Shown piece by piece: positions 37,201-52,200 of a stretch of DNA of 64,000 nucleotides. The stretch comes from Trichoplax adhaerens. Taxonomy: Eukaryota > Animalia > Placozoa. Numbering within the stretch: position 1 is the stretch's first letter; every line of letters starts with the position of its first letter. The stretch covers positions 2,813,172-2,877,171 of the forward strand of contig NW_002060945.1 of the NCBI RefSeq assembly GCF_000150275.1. Direction: 5' to 3'. Both the position numbers and the translations under genes were made by a program. Below the pieces are notes generated by a model. The model was given only the letters and a program-made list of their open reading frames with translations, had not been told where the DNA came from and did no database searches.

Positions 37201-40200
37201 TAGAAACTTGATTGATTTTAGCCAAGAGATTTATTGCTACCTTCATATCGGCTCCTTTTAATCCTGACGTTAAGCTGATGGCATTATCAAGTTTATTAAT
37301 TGCAACTTGTGTTCCATTTTGTCCCTCCTTGTCTAAGGTATTACTCTATTTCGATTAACACAATATATTAGACTGTTATACGTTATTATTTATTAATCAC
37401 TGAATGTATTAAACAATTATTTACGTAAAGTTAAGTGCAATTTGAATAAAAATGTACGCTACAATATTTCATGACATAATAAAGTAACTACAATACCGCA
37501 CCGTGTTCGAGATAGCTTCAAATTGTGGCGATAAACAATTTGCTGTATTAATTCGACTCCAAACTTGGTGAGTACTGTTAAAGCTATTGCAGATACGCGA
37601 TGCTGTTCCTAAAATAGAATAAAGGCAACGTTGGATTCAACTTACTATAACGATAACCAGTCTGTTAGAAATTGATAATAAAGAAGTAATGAAAATACTG
37701 CGTGTAATTATATTAATTAGCTAGAATCTAAAATTATACAGCAATATATTATATATAGTTAGAAATAGAGTATCACTTATGATAGTCTCGGCTAAGGAAT
37801 AAGAAATTTCTTGCCATTTCTCCTATTAATTATTAACAATAGACGAAGATATGATATATAAACGAATTGAATTTTAACAGAACCTTGTGAAGGTGGTGGA
37901 CAAAACGCAGTTGCTGTTTGTCCTGAAAATGTCTTTGGCCAACGAATATCAGCTTCAATTATTGCATTGCAGTAGCTATCAATATTGTTATCTAAATATT
38001 CAAAAAATTTCCGCCAATCAACAATTGAAATACAGAAATAATTAATTTTAAAATATAAACGAAATTCCACTCTAGAATTTATTATTATCGACCACGATAT
38101 TACTATACCGTTAACAATGACTTGTGCTGCATCCGTTGTAGTGAAATTTTTTATATTAGAGATATTACATCGATAGGTGCCAGAATCGACCAAGGCTGCT
38201 TTATAAATGGTAAGTGAACTACTATTCGATATCCTCCGAATAGTATATATCGATCCTACTTTTTGACCATTTTTCAGCCACTCTATTGTTGGCACTGGCT
38301 CGCCATAACCTTCGCATCGTAGTGTGATATTAGAATCAGCTACTGTAGTGATACTCTGGGGAGATACTAAGACCTCAGGCGAGACTAGAAGTAGTTAAAT
38401 ATTTGTTGGCAAAATAAGTAACAAAATATACCATGTTATTCGTACGCTACATGATATTAGACATTCATGAATATTTGTCAAGACCAACTTATGCTAAGTA
38501 TAACTTGAATACGAATAAGTAGCCAAGTATAAACATATAAAGATAACTAACCTGCATCAAATGTTTGATAAAATATTGGTGTACTATAGGGCCCAAATCC
38601 TACTAAGGTAGAAGCGGCAACTCTTATTGAATAGTTCCTTAATGGTGTCAAATTGGTTAAAGTGTAGCGAGTAATATTGCTGGTAGTCAAATGAACTAAA
38701 ACATTTCTTCGAAAACGAGCTCTGCCAACATTGTTATATTCAATCCGATAATGTGTGATAATACCATTACGATCTGCAATTGCTGGTGGTTGCCAACTGA
38801 CCGAAACGGATGTCGATAGTGACGAACCCATCGATGCAACGATATTAATAACCGATTTTGAGGGTACTAATATGTATATATGAGCAAAATGTAATTGTTA
38901 ATACAGTACTCCATATTATAAATTAATAATACGATTACAGTTCTGAAATTGAAATTAATATCTCTGACCTGATTGTAATGTCATTATGTAAGCTAATGAA
39001 CTAAGTGGACCAATTCCAGCTGAAGTAAAACCTTGTATTGCTACGCTATACCTTGAATAATAGTCCAAATCTGTAGCAATCAACGATCTTGTATTTCCTG
39101 ATAAACTGATTTGATTTACTAAAATTGTTCTATTGCTTGTAGATCCAAGTTTTGTATTACTTAAGATTAAGTAATATCCTGATATAATACCATTCTTTTC
39201 ATTCTCTGGAATAGCCTTGAAGGCAATCATACATGGGTCAGAATGTTACTGTAACTGAAACTTTAATTTTCATAACTCTAATTATATAATTTTAAAAAAT
39301 ACGAATTATATTTTGGCTAGTAGAACATCATTAACACTAATATCGAAACTGCTTGCTTAATATAATAACACTGATTACAAATTGTAATAAATAGGGCGTA
39401 AGAAATTACAAATACCTTCCAATTTATTTTGATAGTATTGTTATTTGTTAAAGTAACAGTTGTTATGCTTGGACTTGTGGAAGGCGCTTTATAAGGTGAA
39501 TAATCAGATATTAAATTAAATTAATCGAGATATCATCAGCTAAATACAGTTTTTAATCAACGTATTTAGTAGTTTAGGTGGAATTACTTGCTCAATATGA
39601 TATCGCATACGAGAGTGCTATCACTTTTAGTTATTTTAACTATCATAGCTTGATTGCATAGCCCTTCTTTATATACTTAATATTTATTGTAATATACACT
39701 ACTGATCGATCTCTATACTTTAGACTTAAAGTACACTTTATAAATCTTTAGAGTCAAAAGAAATCAGCTTCACAAGTTTAGTAAGCCATGCGACCATCTA
39801 AAACCGTTATTCACCGATTAAATGCATATCACGTATTCGTCTGATTTACATGAATTTACTAGTAATTTCTATATAGTACTATATCCACAGAGAAAGCTAG
39901 AAGGATGATATTTATAATCAATTCCAAGTACTGTATATCAAATATAATAATTAGTATACATTTAGATATTATATGTTAATATTAAGATTAAAGCTAATGT
40001 AGGCAAGCTCATATCCAATTTCTGTATAAAAGGCTTCATTTACATGTAAAAATGGCCAGGTGTAGTAATTTATAATAGAATAAAATCCAAGTGATAAATA
40101 TTAATTTTATACATGCACGCGTATATCCTAGGAATACACTTGTAGGAAAATAGGATCTATAGTGAGATCCTAGTAATCATAAGTAAGATGACAGTGCTAG

Positions 40201-43200
40201 AGCTTGAGTGAACTAGTGATACCTGGGATTACTTTAGGCGTTAAGATAGTCGGGTGCTATTAATAGGTGATTCTAGAGATGATAGCAGTAATCTTAACTG
40301 AGACTACAGGGCACCTCGGTAAGCGGTATCTGCATGTCTCAGTAACTCGTATAAGATTGTTTCAGAATGAGGGTGACAATCATACTTAGTTAACGAGTTT
40401 GCATCTGTAGAAGCCATACTAAGTACTGGGTTGTATAAAGGAAACTACAGATTAAGTTAAGTTAGCTTATTAGTTGAATTGTCTGGAGAGAATGATTTGG
40501 CAAACAAGCTTGCCAACGTGTTGCATAGAAGGATATAAAAGGCTGGTTCCTTCCGAGAGAAGTTCAGTCGATAACCTGAGAGCTAGCTGTATGCAGTTGC
40601 GTATTGTAACATTTTATTACTGTAACATTTAGCAATACGAGTATTTATAAGTAATAAAACTATTTCTAACCGGTAAATTAATTATCAGACTAATCATTGG
40701 GGGACAAGTTTACAGCGGGCTAAAGGTAGCACTTTATTACAACATTTTATAATGAAGATTACGGCAAATATGTATTTAAGAATTACACTCATAATACGCT
40801 TACCTGCTTCATCTGTTACTGTTGTAACAGTAATACTAGGTCCAAATCCTGCTACAGTGCCAGCTTTGATGGTAAGACTGTAATTAGTATAAGCCTTCAA
40901 ATTATTAATCGTGTACGTTAAGGTACCGCCAGAAGCCGATGCCGACATTGTAACATTCGAGCCAGTAATCTTATAATCAATTTCATATGCTGTAATTACT
41001 CCATTTCGATCTGAAATTACAGGGGGCTGCCATGACAGTTTAATACCAGTCGATGATAATACTGTTGCAATGGTATTGATTGGCGTCGATGACGGAGCTA
41101 TACATATAAAAAAGTTATTCGGTTAACAGAAATAAGTATGTTACAAGAAAAACAAATTATATCGTATTTAATCATTCAAATAAATCCAATTCTATATCTG
41201 ACATAAACGTAAACATAGATGTAAGTATAAATACGTAGTTAAGGATTTCAGTTATATGTATTTAAGAATTACACTCATAATACGCTTACCTGCTTCATCT
41301 GTTACTGCTGTAACAGTAATACTAGGTCCAAATCCTGCTACAGTGCCAGCTTTGATGGTAAGACTGTAATTAGTATAAGCCTTCAAATTATTAATCGTGT
41401 ACGTTAAGATACCGCCAGAAGCCGATGCCGACATTGTAACATTCGAGCCAGTAATCTCATAATCAATTTCATATGCTGTAATTACTCCATTTCGATCTGA
41501 AATTACAGGGGGCTGCCAAGATAGTCTAATACTAGTCGATGATAACACTGTTGCAATAACGTTGACTGGCGGAGATGACGGAGCTGCGTAACAAAAATCA
41601 TACGGTTTATAATTTTACAGATCTTTGCATCATCCATCATCGAGTCATTCATGAGAAACAATTTATTAGGTAAATTAGCGGAATATATATGAACGTGACC
41701 GTATGCGAAGTCGGTCATTTTGCAAACTGCCCGGGCATTTTGCAAAATGACAATACAAGCACCAACCTGACAAACTGTTCAGAATATTCATTTAAACATT
41801 AAATCTATATTTGGTTAAGATTTATAACTTAAAATACTCACCATATTCATGAGTGGTAGCATTGACAATATTACTTTCCGGACCTGTTAAATTATATTTA
41901 ATGTTATACGGAATGACTTTATAATAGTAATACTGATCCTGTTGTAAACCAGTCGAGTAAACACTTCTTGTGGTGCCGTCAAAAATCATAACTCCCGAAG
42001 AATTTAGGCTTAAACTACGTGATGAATCAACATATATCCATTGATATAATCGGTAGCCCACTATCCCATATGATAGTGCTGGAGAATCCCAAATAATTTG
42101 AATACTTGTAGCATTATAACCCAATGCAACGATATTTCTCACCATACTTGCTGGAGCTGCAATTATGGATATATAATTAACATAGATTATACTAATATAT
42201 GAATTAGATACGGTAAGCAGAGATAAAAATTTATATTCCATCTACAATATGTATTTAAATCGTGCTCATCATAACGGATCAATTTAAGCGTTATCGCCAA
42301 CATCTCACAACAAATTGTATGAAGCTAAATCTATACTATATTTACCGCTTTCATCAGTCTGTACTGTGATAGCCATCTTTCTACCATTACCGGCAATATT
42401 TGAAGCCCATATATTAATGTTATAGTTCTGATATGGTATAAGGCTAGTTATAGTAGTGAAAGGGAAGGTTATAACACATCCATTTGATATTAAACTGTCG
42501 TAACAAGACTGATTAATCACGGTATTATTGAATTGCAGAATAATTTCCACTGTATAATTGGTTATGGTCGTATAGCCATTAAACGAAGGAGGCAACCATG
42601 AAACGTTTAGTGCGGAAGCAGTAATATTGGAAACTGTTATCTTGCTAATAGCTGCAGGAGGGACTGTAGTTATTAAATTAAAATCAAAACAATAGCTTAA
42701 AAATTAACATTTTTGATTACATTCAGATCCAAGTAATTGAAGAATATTGGAGTAATTTAATTACTGTAACTCTAGTTTTTTAATAATTTCTTAACAATAA
42801 ATTCGATATATGATTGATAATAAAGAAAAATAATTCTGAAATCATACGCGTACACCCTATGTTTAGAATGTTAATAGTACAGTTAAGAGTAGAAATCAAT
42901 TTCATACCCATGACAACGACGGAAATATTAGGTGATGTAGCTGAAGAGAATGCATTTTGGATCCAACAGCTATAGTTGCCAGCATCAAATAAAGTTACAG
43001 AATTAATAATCAATGTACTAGAGGCCATAGTGATGCCATCAGCTTGAAAGGAGGTCATTGTTGATGATAGACCATTATCTAATGCAGTATTATTCCTCTG
43101 CCAGATGATACTAGCAGATGGTAGACTGGAAGTATTGCAAATTAAGCGAATCATGCCACCATGAATCACTCGTAACGAAGTTGTTTGGTGCAGAATAATC

Positions 43201-46200
43201 GGTACAGCTAGTAATAAAGCATGAATCATAATGAGAGCTATGTGAGAGTATTGATGTTCACAACACAACAGATTTTAATAGGAAAAATAAATATTATAGC
43301 ATAACAAAAGCTGTCTAGATAATTTAAATTTATAATACAGTTCTCTTATTTATAATTTTCAATGGTTGTACAAGACTTTATTACATTTGGTGGCTCATGA
43401 ATTTAAAATATGAACAGCCTTATTGATAACTAAATGATAAACTTCCATTTTCCACTGTTACTATAATTTATAATCAAGCTCTTGCAATCCAATTGACGGT
43501 AACAGTAATTACCATGATTTTATAGTTTATAATTTTAACTACATCAAATTCGTAATATTAAAGAGATTAAAATACTTCAATACGCTCATTTGTATTTCTA
43601 TAGCCTTATGTATAAAGCCGTTACGAGATCTTATTATATGTATTAGGGTATAAGTGCGTAACATATGTACTAAAGTTGAAGATGATTATAACTATTACTG
43701 TAACTATAAAAAACAGAAGAGAACATACGCCCTTCTTACGGTAACTCTATACTAGCCTCAATAGCACTGCAAAGCTCTACTGAGATACTTTCTTTATGTA
43801 ATATTTGTGAACTGTTTTGAATTGTATAAGGTACTACATTGCCAAAAATTGATAAGTTAGATAAAATTTGTAACTATCCTGGAATAACTTTATATTTACT
43901 CGATAGCAGTTAAGATTTTAGTGAAATTTGAATGAATGCAATTAATTTTTATTATATTTTAGTACTATAACAAATATTTTTTGAGTAATAATATCCATGA
44001 TATATGTAACGCAAGTATACTAAATATTGCATTTTTTATATTATTGGCAATATAGTATTTAAAACAGCTATGCGACACTACTGAAATATGTAAAGACCCT
44101 AAAAAACTTTATTGAATGTACAAACGCTACAACGATATTGTGTAGAATTGTGTTTTTTTTTAATTAATCTCACTTACTGAAGACGTTTATCGTTGAAGCT
44201 TGGGTTAATACCGAGCCAGCAGAATTATTAAATAAGCAACGATAATCTGCCGAGTCTTTCGCTGTTACGTTTCCAATTGTTAAGCTATTCGAAACAGCAT
44301 TCGATATTGCCTGCCCACCTTTCGTCCAAGTCACAGTTGGTGAAGGTTTACCAGTTCCCTCACAAGTTAATATAACCGTTTCACCAAGAAGTACAACACG
44401 GCTTATAGGCGAAAGCAAGACGGTTGGAGGAACTATTAGCAAATAAGCAAACAATTTTGTTATTCTTTAGATACGATAAATATTTATATCATCAGCGCGT
44501 AAGACTAACATCTTCAAACAATTTATCAAGTGTCACAAACAGCTACCAAATTAAAGCAATAGAATGAGCAATAAGCAGTCCTTACTTTCAATTACAACTG
44601 TCGCGATGTTACTCGTAGCTTGTCCAATGAAGTTAACAGCTCTACAGTGATACCGACCTTCATCAGCTAATGATGAATTATTTATAGTTAGCGTACTGTA
44701 CCCAATCAAGGAAAAATACTGGTAAGCTGTTTTATTCAGCAGACTGTCATCTTTAAACCATGTAATGTTAGGATAGGGATTACTTGTACTATTACAAGAC
44801 AAAGTAATTTGCTGTCCCAAAATTTTAGTTTGATTTCTTGGCGACATGACAAACCTCGGATATGCTAGGTAGACATAGAATCAAAGTAAGGTAATCATTT
44901 TTACAGCAGTCTGAATGGTTCGTTACGTTTACTGCTAATATCAATCCGATTTAATTCTACAAAGTAACAGAACTTACTATAAACATTGATTATAGCCGCA
45001 GAACTAGTAGAAGTATCAACTTCATTTGTAGCCTGACATTTATAACGACCGGCTTCAATTCCAGACACATTAAGTAAGGCTAAAGTTGTATAACTTGATG
45101 TAGCATTAACAAATGTTACAATTTGATCATTTCTAAGCCAAATCCATGAAGATTCAGGGTTACTAGTAGCATTGCAAGACAGCATCAGCGATTGACCTTC
45201 TGTTACATTGTTGCTCTCTGGAGATACCGTGATAATAGGCTTATCTAAGTCAACCGAGAAAATAAAAGGTAATTTATCTCAAATATTAAATACGCCAATA
45301 ACATACTCGAATATTCATAATTTATAATTTATCAGTCAACTTATACGTCTTTGATAACGATTAATTGAAGCGATTATACGTAAATCCTAGCTCAAATACT
45401 CTTATATATTTCCAAATTTAAATTCTACTTTCATGGTTATACTTACAGTATACAACAACCTCTCCTATAGATCCATATATCGTTCCCATCAAATTTTTTG
45501 CTGAGCACTCATAAAATCCAGCTTGAGATACAGATATGTTAGAAATCGTTAATACGCCGTAACCATTTGACGATATTTGCCTGGCATTACTATAAGTTAT
45601 TGCTGTACTATTTTTCAACCAAATAATTTCCGGAATAGGATTGCCTGATACATTACATGTCAGTATACTAATCCCTCCTTCATTGACCACTACGTTGCTT
45701 GTTGAAGCAGTAATGACTGGCATAGCTGAAAGAAATTTAATGTTATTTTAATTCATTCATTGATTAAAATTGTAGGTTTATTTAGAGAATTTGAATGCGC
45801 TATTTTTATCTATTATGTTACTTAAATTAAAGTAGCAATTGAAAATTTATAAGATATTTTACTAGGTTGCAAGTTCCCTATTTTAATGGTATGGCATCAA
45901 TTTCCACTTACTGTAAACATCAATAAATCCATTACTACTACTTGCAGTACCAGCAATATTTGTAGCAGAGCATCTGTAATTGCCTATATCGGCACTAGAT
46001 AGATTATACAGCGTCAGCTCCGCATGATCTGATGATATATTCGTATAATTTATAATTTGATTATTCTTCAACCATGTCCATGTTGGTGAGGGATTTCCAG
46101 TTGCATTGCACGATAAGGTTAGAGATTCTCCGTTTGCCCTATTTTGGCTTTGTAGAGATACTGTTATCAAAGGTTTATCTAAAGTTAATAAAAGTAAACA

Positions 46201-49200
46201 TAAATAGAACTTAGCTTTATGGCTTACTTATATGATGTTATGATTATCATAACATCTAATTTCAATCAAAAGCTTACAATAAACGTCAACTACCGCTGGG
46301 ACCGAAGTTACATTCCCCACCCTATTGCTTGCAACACACTGATATTGTCCTGACTGACTCTTTGTTATATTCAATATTGTTAGTGTGCTACTACCATTTG
46401 CTGAATCTTGTATAGTATTACTAAAATTTACAGCAATTCTATTTCTGAGCCAGGTTATAACAGGTATAGGACGACCGATACTGTTACACGTGAGTGCAGC
46501 AATTCCTTCTTCGATAATGCCTGTATTTCTAGGTATATTTATCAGTTTCGGTAAAGCTGAAACAGGATCAAAGGACATTCATGTATTTAATTAATCTATT
46601 CTTAAATAATTCGATTTCATTACGTACCGATATTAGCTTTACTAAAACTCCAAAACATGATATATTGCTTATTGAGTAATTTAATTGCACCTTTAGATAT
46701 AATACAATATACAAACATCTAAACTAGCAAGTTTGTGTATCTCGAACTTACTATAAACATTGACAGTCACCGATCTACTTATATGACTTCCGATTACATT
46801 CGTTGATTTACATGTATATTTTCCAATTCCGATCGTTGATATGTTAGCAATAATTAATTGACCATATCCATTTACTGATGTTTGAATAATGTTGCTCATT
46901 GCAACTAATATATCATCCTTATACCAAGAAATAATTGGCGTTGGATAGCCGGTACTATTACACGATAGAGTAATAGTATTACCCTCAACCACTTCCGTAT
47001 TATTTAATATACTCACTACTCGTGGATAAGCTATAAAACATAATTGATAGGCTATATTACTTATAATTTTTTATGTATCGAAAAATTATAAATGCAATGT
47101 ATAGTAATTTAAGACCGAAACAAGGTCTACATTAAATTTTATCATCTAAAGTAACCGTGATCTACGAAAAACTTACTGTATATATCAATTATGCTCGAGC
47201 TGCTTGAACTGCCAGCGATATTTTCACCAAGACACCGATAAATGCCTACATCTATCCTAGACACGTTCAGTAACGTCAGTGTAGTATAACTAAGCGATGA
47301 TGTATTCATAAAGCCAATAATACTTTGACCATTTTTCAGCCATGTCAAAGTGGGCGAAGGATTTCCAGTTGCATTGCAAGATAATGTTACTGATTCACCA
47401 TGCGTCATGTTATAATTCCGTGGAGATACCACAACTACTGGCTTAGCTGTTATAGTAATAATAAGACAATGCAAATTTAATATAGCGGTATGATCAAATA
47501 CCACGCTAACTGAAGATGCTCGATAAGCCCACTTGTATAATACTGTACATTCCAGAATTGAAATTCGATGAACAGTATAGAAATTGCATAAATTATTTTC
47601 AACAAAGTACCTTACTATAAGGTTTATCATAAAATACTAAACGATAACAATCATCAAAAGCTGTAACGTCAGCAAACACTTACTGTACACGTCGATGATT
47701 CCAGTACTACTCGTAGAGCTACCAATAGTATTTTCAGCACGGCATTGATAACTGCCTACATCCAAACTAGACACATTCTGTAGCTTTAACGTAGAATAAG
47801 CAGAAGACGACGAATTCGTATAATCAACGATAGTTTGGTTGTTCTTAAGCCATATCCATGTAGGATAAGGATTTCCGGTTGCATTACAAGATATTATTAT
47901 AGTATCGCCTTCCGTTTTATTTAAGCTAAGTGGCGATAAAGTAACCACTGGCTTATCTTTTATAACAGAATAGAGTTATATTAATTATTAAACTTCATTT
48001 AAACTAATTTATCTTTAATACAGAGAAAACAATAAACCGAGGACTATTTGATATATCGGACTAAATAGAATCAATTCTACTGTAGTAGTTTAATAATATT
48101 CACTATAAATTTTGATACATACAAAGTACATCAACGCCTATAGGATTTGCATACGCGGTTCCTACTAGATTTTCAGATTCACATTGATAAAATCCAGCTT
48201 GTGATCTTGATACATTTGTAATCGTCAGTTGGCCATTACCACGCACTGAAATCTGGGCTATATTACTAGAATTCAACGTTACCCTGTTCATTTGCCATTT
48301 TACGACAGGTATAGGATTACCGGAACTGTTACAAAATAATGTAATACTGTCACCTTCGACTACAGTTAAATTAACAGTTAAGCTTGTTAACTTTGGTAGA
48401 CCTATTGATTTTAACATTAGAAAAATCTCCTTAAAATTGTATTTCGTTGTAGGTATTCCTTAATTAGTGATTCATATAATGTTAGTAATACATTAGTACC
48501 CAATTTTAAAAAAAGAACGCCATATTACTCATTAAACATTGCTACTACCTGTATCTGTATATGCTTCGACTATTTTTCTCATTTTATGTACTTACTGTAA
48601 ATATCGACCTCTCCAACGTTGCGGATATCAGCGCCAATGTAGTTCTCAGCCTTACATTTATAATAACCAACTTCACTACTAGAAATATTATTTAGAGACA
48701 GTGTGCTATAGCTCGAAGATGATAAGTTAACATAGCCACTAATAGCAGTATCATTCATAATCCATGTCCAGACTGGCAGAGGATTTCCACTGGCATTACA
48801 GGATAATAACGCTGACTGTCCTCCCGTGAAGTTAAAATTTCGCGAAGAACTTACGAATTTGGGTTTATCTAAACGTAGTCGAAATTAAAATAAACAATTA
48901 GTATTAGCATAAACTATTGGGTTATTACTCACGATCAATTATATATTATTTGATATGTATAAATAAATCGAATGGGAATCTAAATATTTTGTAAGCTACC
49001 GAATATTAATTAATAATTTAGCAGTACAATATGATATCAATTAAATCATATCAATATTTCATAGACCCTGATACTCTGTACAGATTTATACCCAGATTTA
49101 ACACTTACAATGAAAATCCAAATTAGCAATCTGTGACTTATAAGTATAAGACAGCATAGAAAATAGACAATAATAGTTCCCAGCGTCGTTGCTAGTAGCA

Positions 49201-52200
49201 TTTAAGACACGTAATTGACTGTAGCCAGGTAAGGTTGTGTTCATGTAATCGTGTAATACAACATTATCCTTATACCACGTGATACTGATCAGCGACGATA
49301 CTCCAGTAGCATTACACTGCAAATTAAGCTGTTCGCCTTCTTGAAATTCAGTAGAAATCGGTTGCTGATTGATTGCAAGATATGCTAAAGGTTTAATTAT
49401 GAATCACCTCATCAATGTTTGAATATACTTTTACGAATCCGTAACAATTCAAGTATATGAAGCTGAAGTTATTTTATACTTTTACCGTTTAATAAATACG
49501 CATGACTTCTAGAGCTACCTACATAATATCTAATTTATAATACAGGCATATAACTTACTAATCGTAATAGCAATGCTACTCTATTACGTCTGATATGCAT
49601 ACAATTGTGTATTATTTATGAGTGGCATATAATAAATTCAAGTTTATCTATTTTGTATTACTATTTGTTTACGTGCGAATATGTATTGTACGCTTAAGAT
49701 AAATCGAAAATTTACCGAAATTGTATGAGGTCAGCAGTACGCTGTATATAGCAACATAAATGCTTTTGTTTCATGTGAATTAGTGATCTTTTATTACTAT
49801 TAACATTATACAGTATATACTGTACCTTTAACGCGAACTTCAGCAATATTCGATATTAATGCAAGAGATCCCATCCAGACTCGACAGCTGTAATTACCGG
49901 CATCAGCAAAAGCAGCATTTGTAATATTCCAGTCAGTATCAACAATATAGGATGAATTAACGTAATTGCTAATTTGAATGTTATCCTTAAACCATGCAGT
50001 ACTTATAAGTTCATTTCCTTTAACTTTGCACCGTAAAGTTGCATTAAATCGTTCAACGACATCAGTTGAATTGGGGTGTTCTTCAATCGATAAAGAAGCT
50101 GCAGGATATCCACATATATTAAGGCGTAGAAAAAATAATAACCGAATTGTTACACAGTAACGCAACATCAACATTTGTTAATGATGCAGTATATGAATCA
50201 TTAACTAGTAAGACTCTGTATTCATATGCTACTTTTAAAAATTTATATTGTCATAAAATTAATTATACCCCTTTATACTCGATTTTTATCTAGCATGGTT
50301 ACAAAATTTTGATTCCTCTTTACATATTCTCTACTAAATTTTAGTAATTGCATTCAATCTAATAGCATCATCTTGTTTCAGAGAAATGAAAATAATTTCA
50401 AGTGCATCAAGTGTATTAGCTGTAATAATATCTAGTAGGGTAAATAGAATTGATTGCTAAATCCGCTAATATTATCCGTACTTCTAACTATAAATTCAGT
50501 TATATTCTCCCACTAGTATAATTTAAAGCGTAGTTTTGGTACTTACCAAATATTATGCCGCCTACGAAACCATATGACGTATAAAGAGTACCATGTCCAT
50601 ACATCGTTAAGGCAAAGTTTACACCGGATTTTATGTGATTTACAGTATGAAATCCTGGACTAATTATTAGTGTTGCTGTTGCATACGAAGAAGCTGTTAC
50701 CATTTGAAACATCGAGCTTTGGATGGAATTTCCGTCTAGTAGAAATCCATCTATATAGCTTGATTTAACAACGATATTTATATAATTTTGACGAAATGCG
50801 AGCGCACCGTTAACAGGTACGTAAAATTTATAATTTGGTGCGTAACTATAAACACCTGGCATAAATATTGATAGCGGGCCAGCAACTACATTATCTTTAA
50901 AATATTCTCGCGTAAAATGAATAATTGAACATGGCATACTACAATCAAGTTGACTGGTAGTGCCACTTGGTAGCAAAATCTCTTTGTAACCTGTTCTTGA
51001 TAGGTTATATGTTGCTCCATTATGAGATAATGTTACTGTCGTTGAATTATACGCCGCAACTATACGGTAGATATCGCCTGAAGTTCTCTCAGCGACAGGT
51101 GTTAATATAAATTCTTTCTTATAATACTCAACTGGTACGCTTTGCTCAATGCTGCTATGGCATCCAGATATTGTACTTGATGTTCTGAAACATTTTTCGC
51201 CACGAATTAATCCAATATTCTGCGTCGAAGAAACAATAGTACCAGAAATATCCGTGTTTGTATTAGGTACGAGGTAATATCCTTCACCTTTATTTAGAGT
51301 AGTGACAATCGAATCGTGGAAGGAATTCGCTCCGTTAAAATATATCTTTGTAGTTTTTGGAAATTTGATGGAAATCTGGGTGTTATCTTCCTTTGCTAAA
51401 ATCGTAATCATAGATGAGCTTGGAGAGTAAATATTTAACAAATATTCTTTACCATACATCGCGGTTGGGTATACTCGATAGCCACCTCCTCGGTATTGAT
51501 CAGCAAAATAAGCAATAATTGTAATATCTTCGTCGGAAGTAACGTACGCAAGTTTCGTCGTTTTGCCATTAACTCGTTGGTAAACTTCCGCTAGATTAAA
51601 CAAAATCTGAACTGTACTAGCTGCATTGATAGTATAGGTACTAGTAGAGCCCCCAGCACCGTAATTCGTCACATTAACTTTAGCAGCTTTGTCCAAAGCA
51701 GTTACGAATATTAATGCATTTGGATTGCCACGATAATAAATGCCCAAGAATCCAACATAGAATTCTTTACCCTGATGAGTTAAAGAGACCGAAGTAGGAT
51801 CTATAAAATAAAATTAATTACAAAAGTAGAACTTTATTAATGTAATAATTCTGTTATTATACAATATGTACTTTATTGCTATAACTAATGTGTCTATTAA
51901 CGGATGTCGATTGTATCAGATATCAGCTACTGCATGCTGACAAATTCCACAAAAGAATTCTGACAATGCATCCGAAATCAAAGTCCAACCTTCACGGTGA
52001 ACAATATTATCTCTTCTAGCAACTCCCTGTCAGTTTGCTTAGCAACCATGAGTTCAATTAAGTGAAGTTAATGGATCGATATAATAATGTAGGATGCAAA
52101 CTCAATGAGAATAAATCTATAGCTAAGGATTAACAATATCATTTTTATAACAATTAAATTTAATGTCCGGCTTAAAGCTACCACCTACAGAAGACGAATG

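Larger units (their letters stand above)
38552..42663 (-). repeat. Six fibronectin type III domains (7 exons; the fifth domain is split by a phase-0 intron)
   Basis: Exons 42663-42346, 42156-41842, 41583-41290, 41097-40804, 39486-39416 plus 39215-38969, 38866-38552. W.PP...NG.I..Y and L...T.Y...V.A.T..G.GP motifs. Confidence 0.92.
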
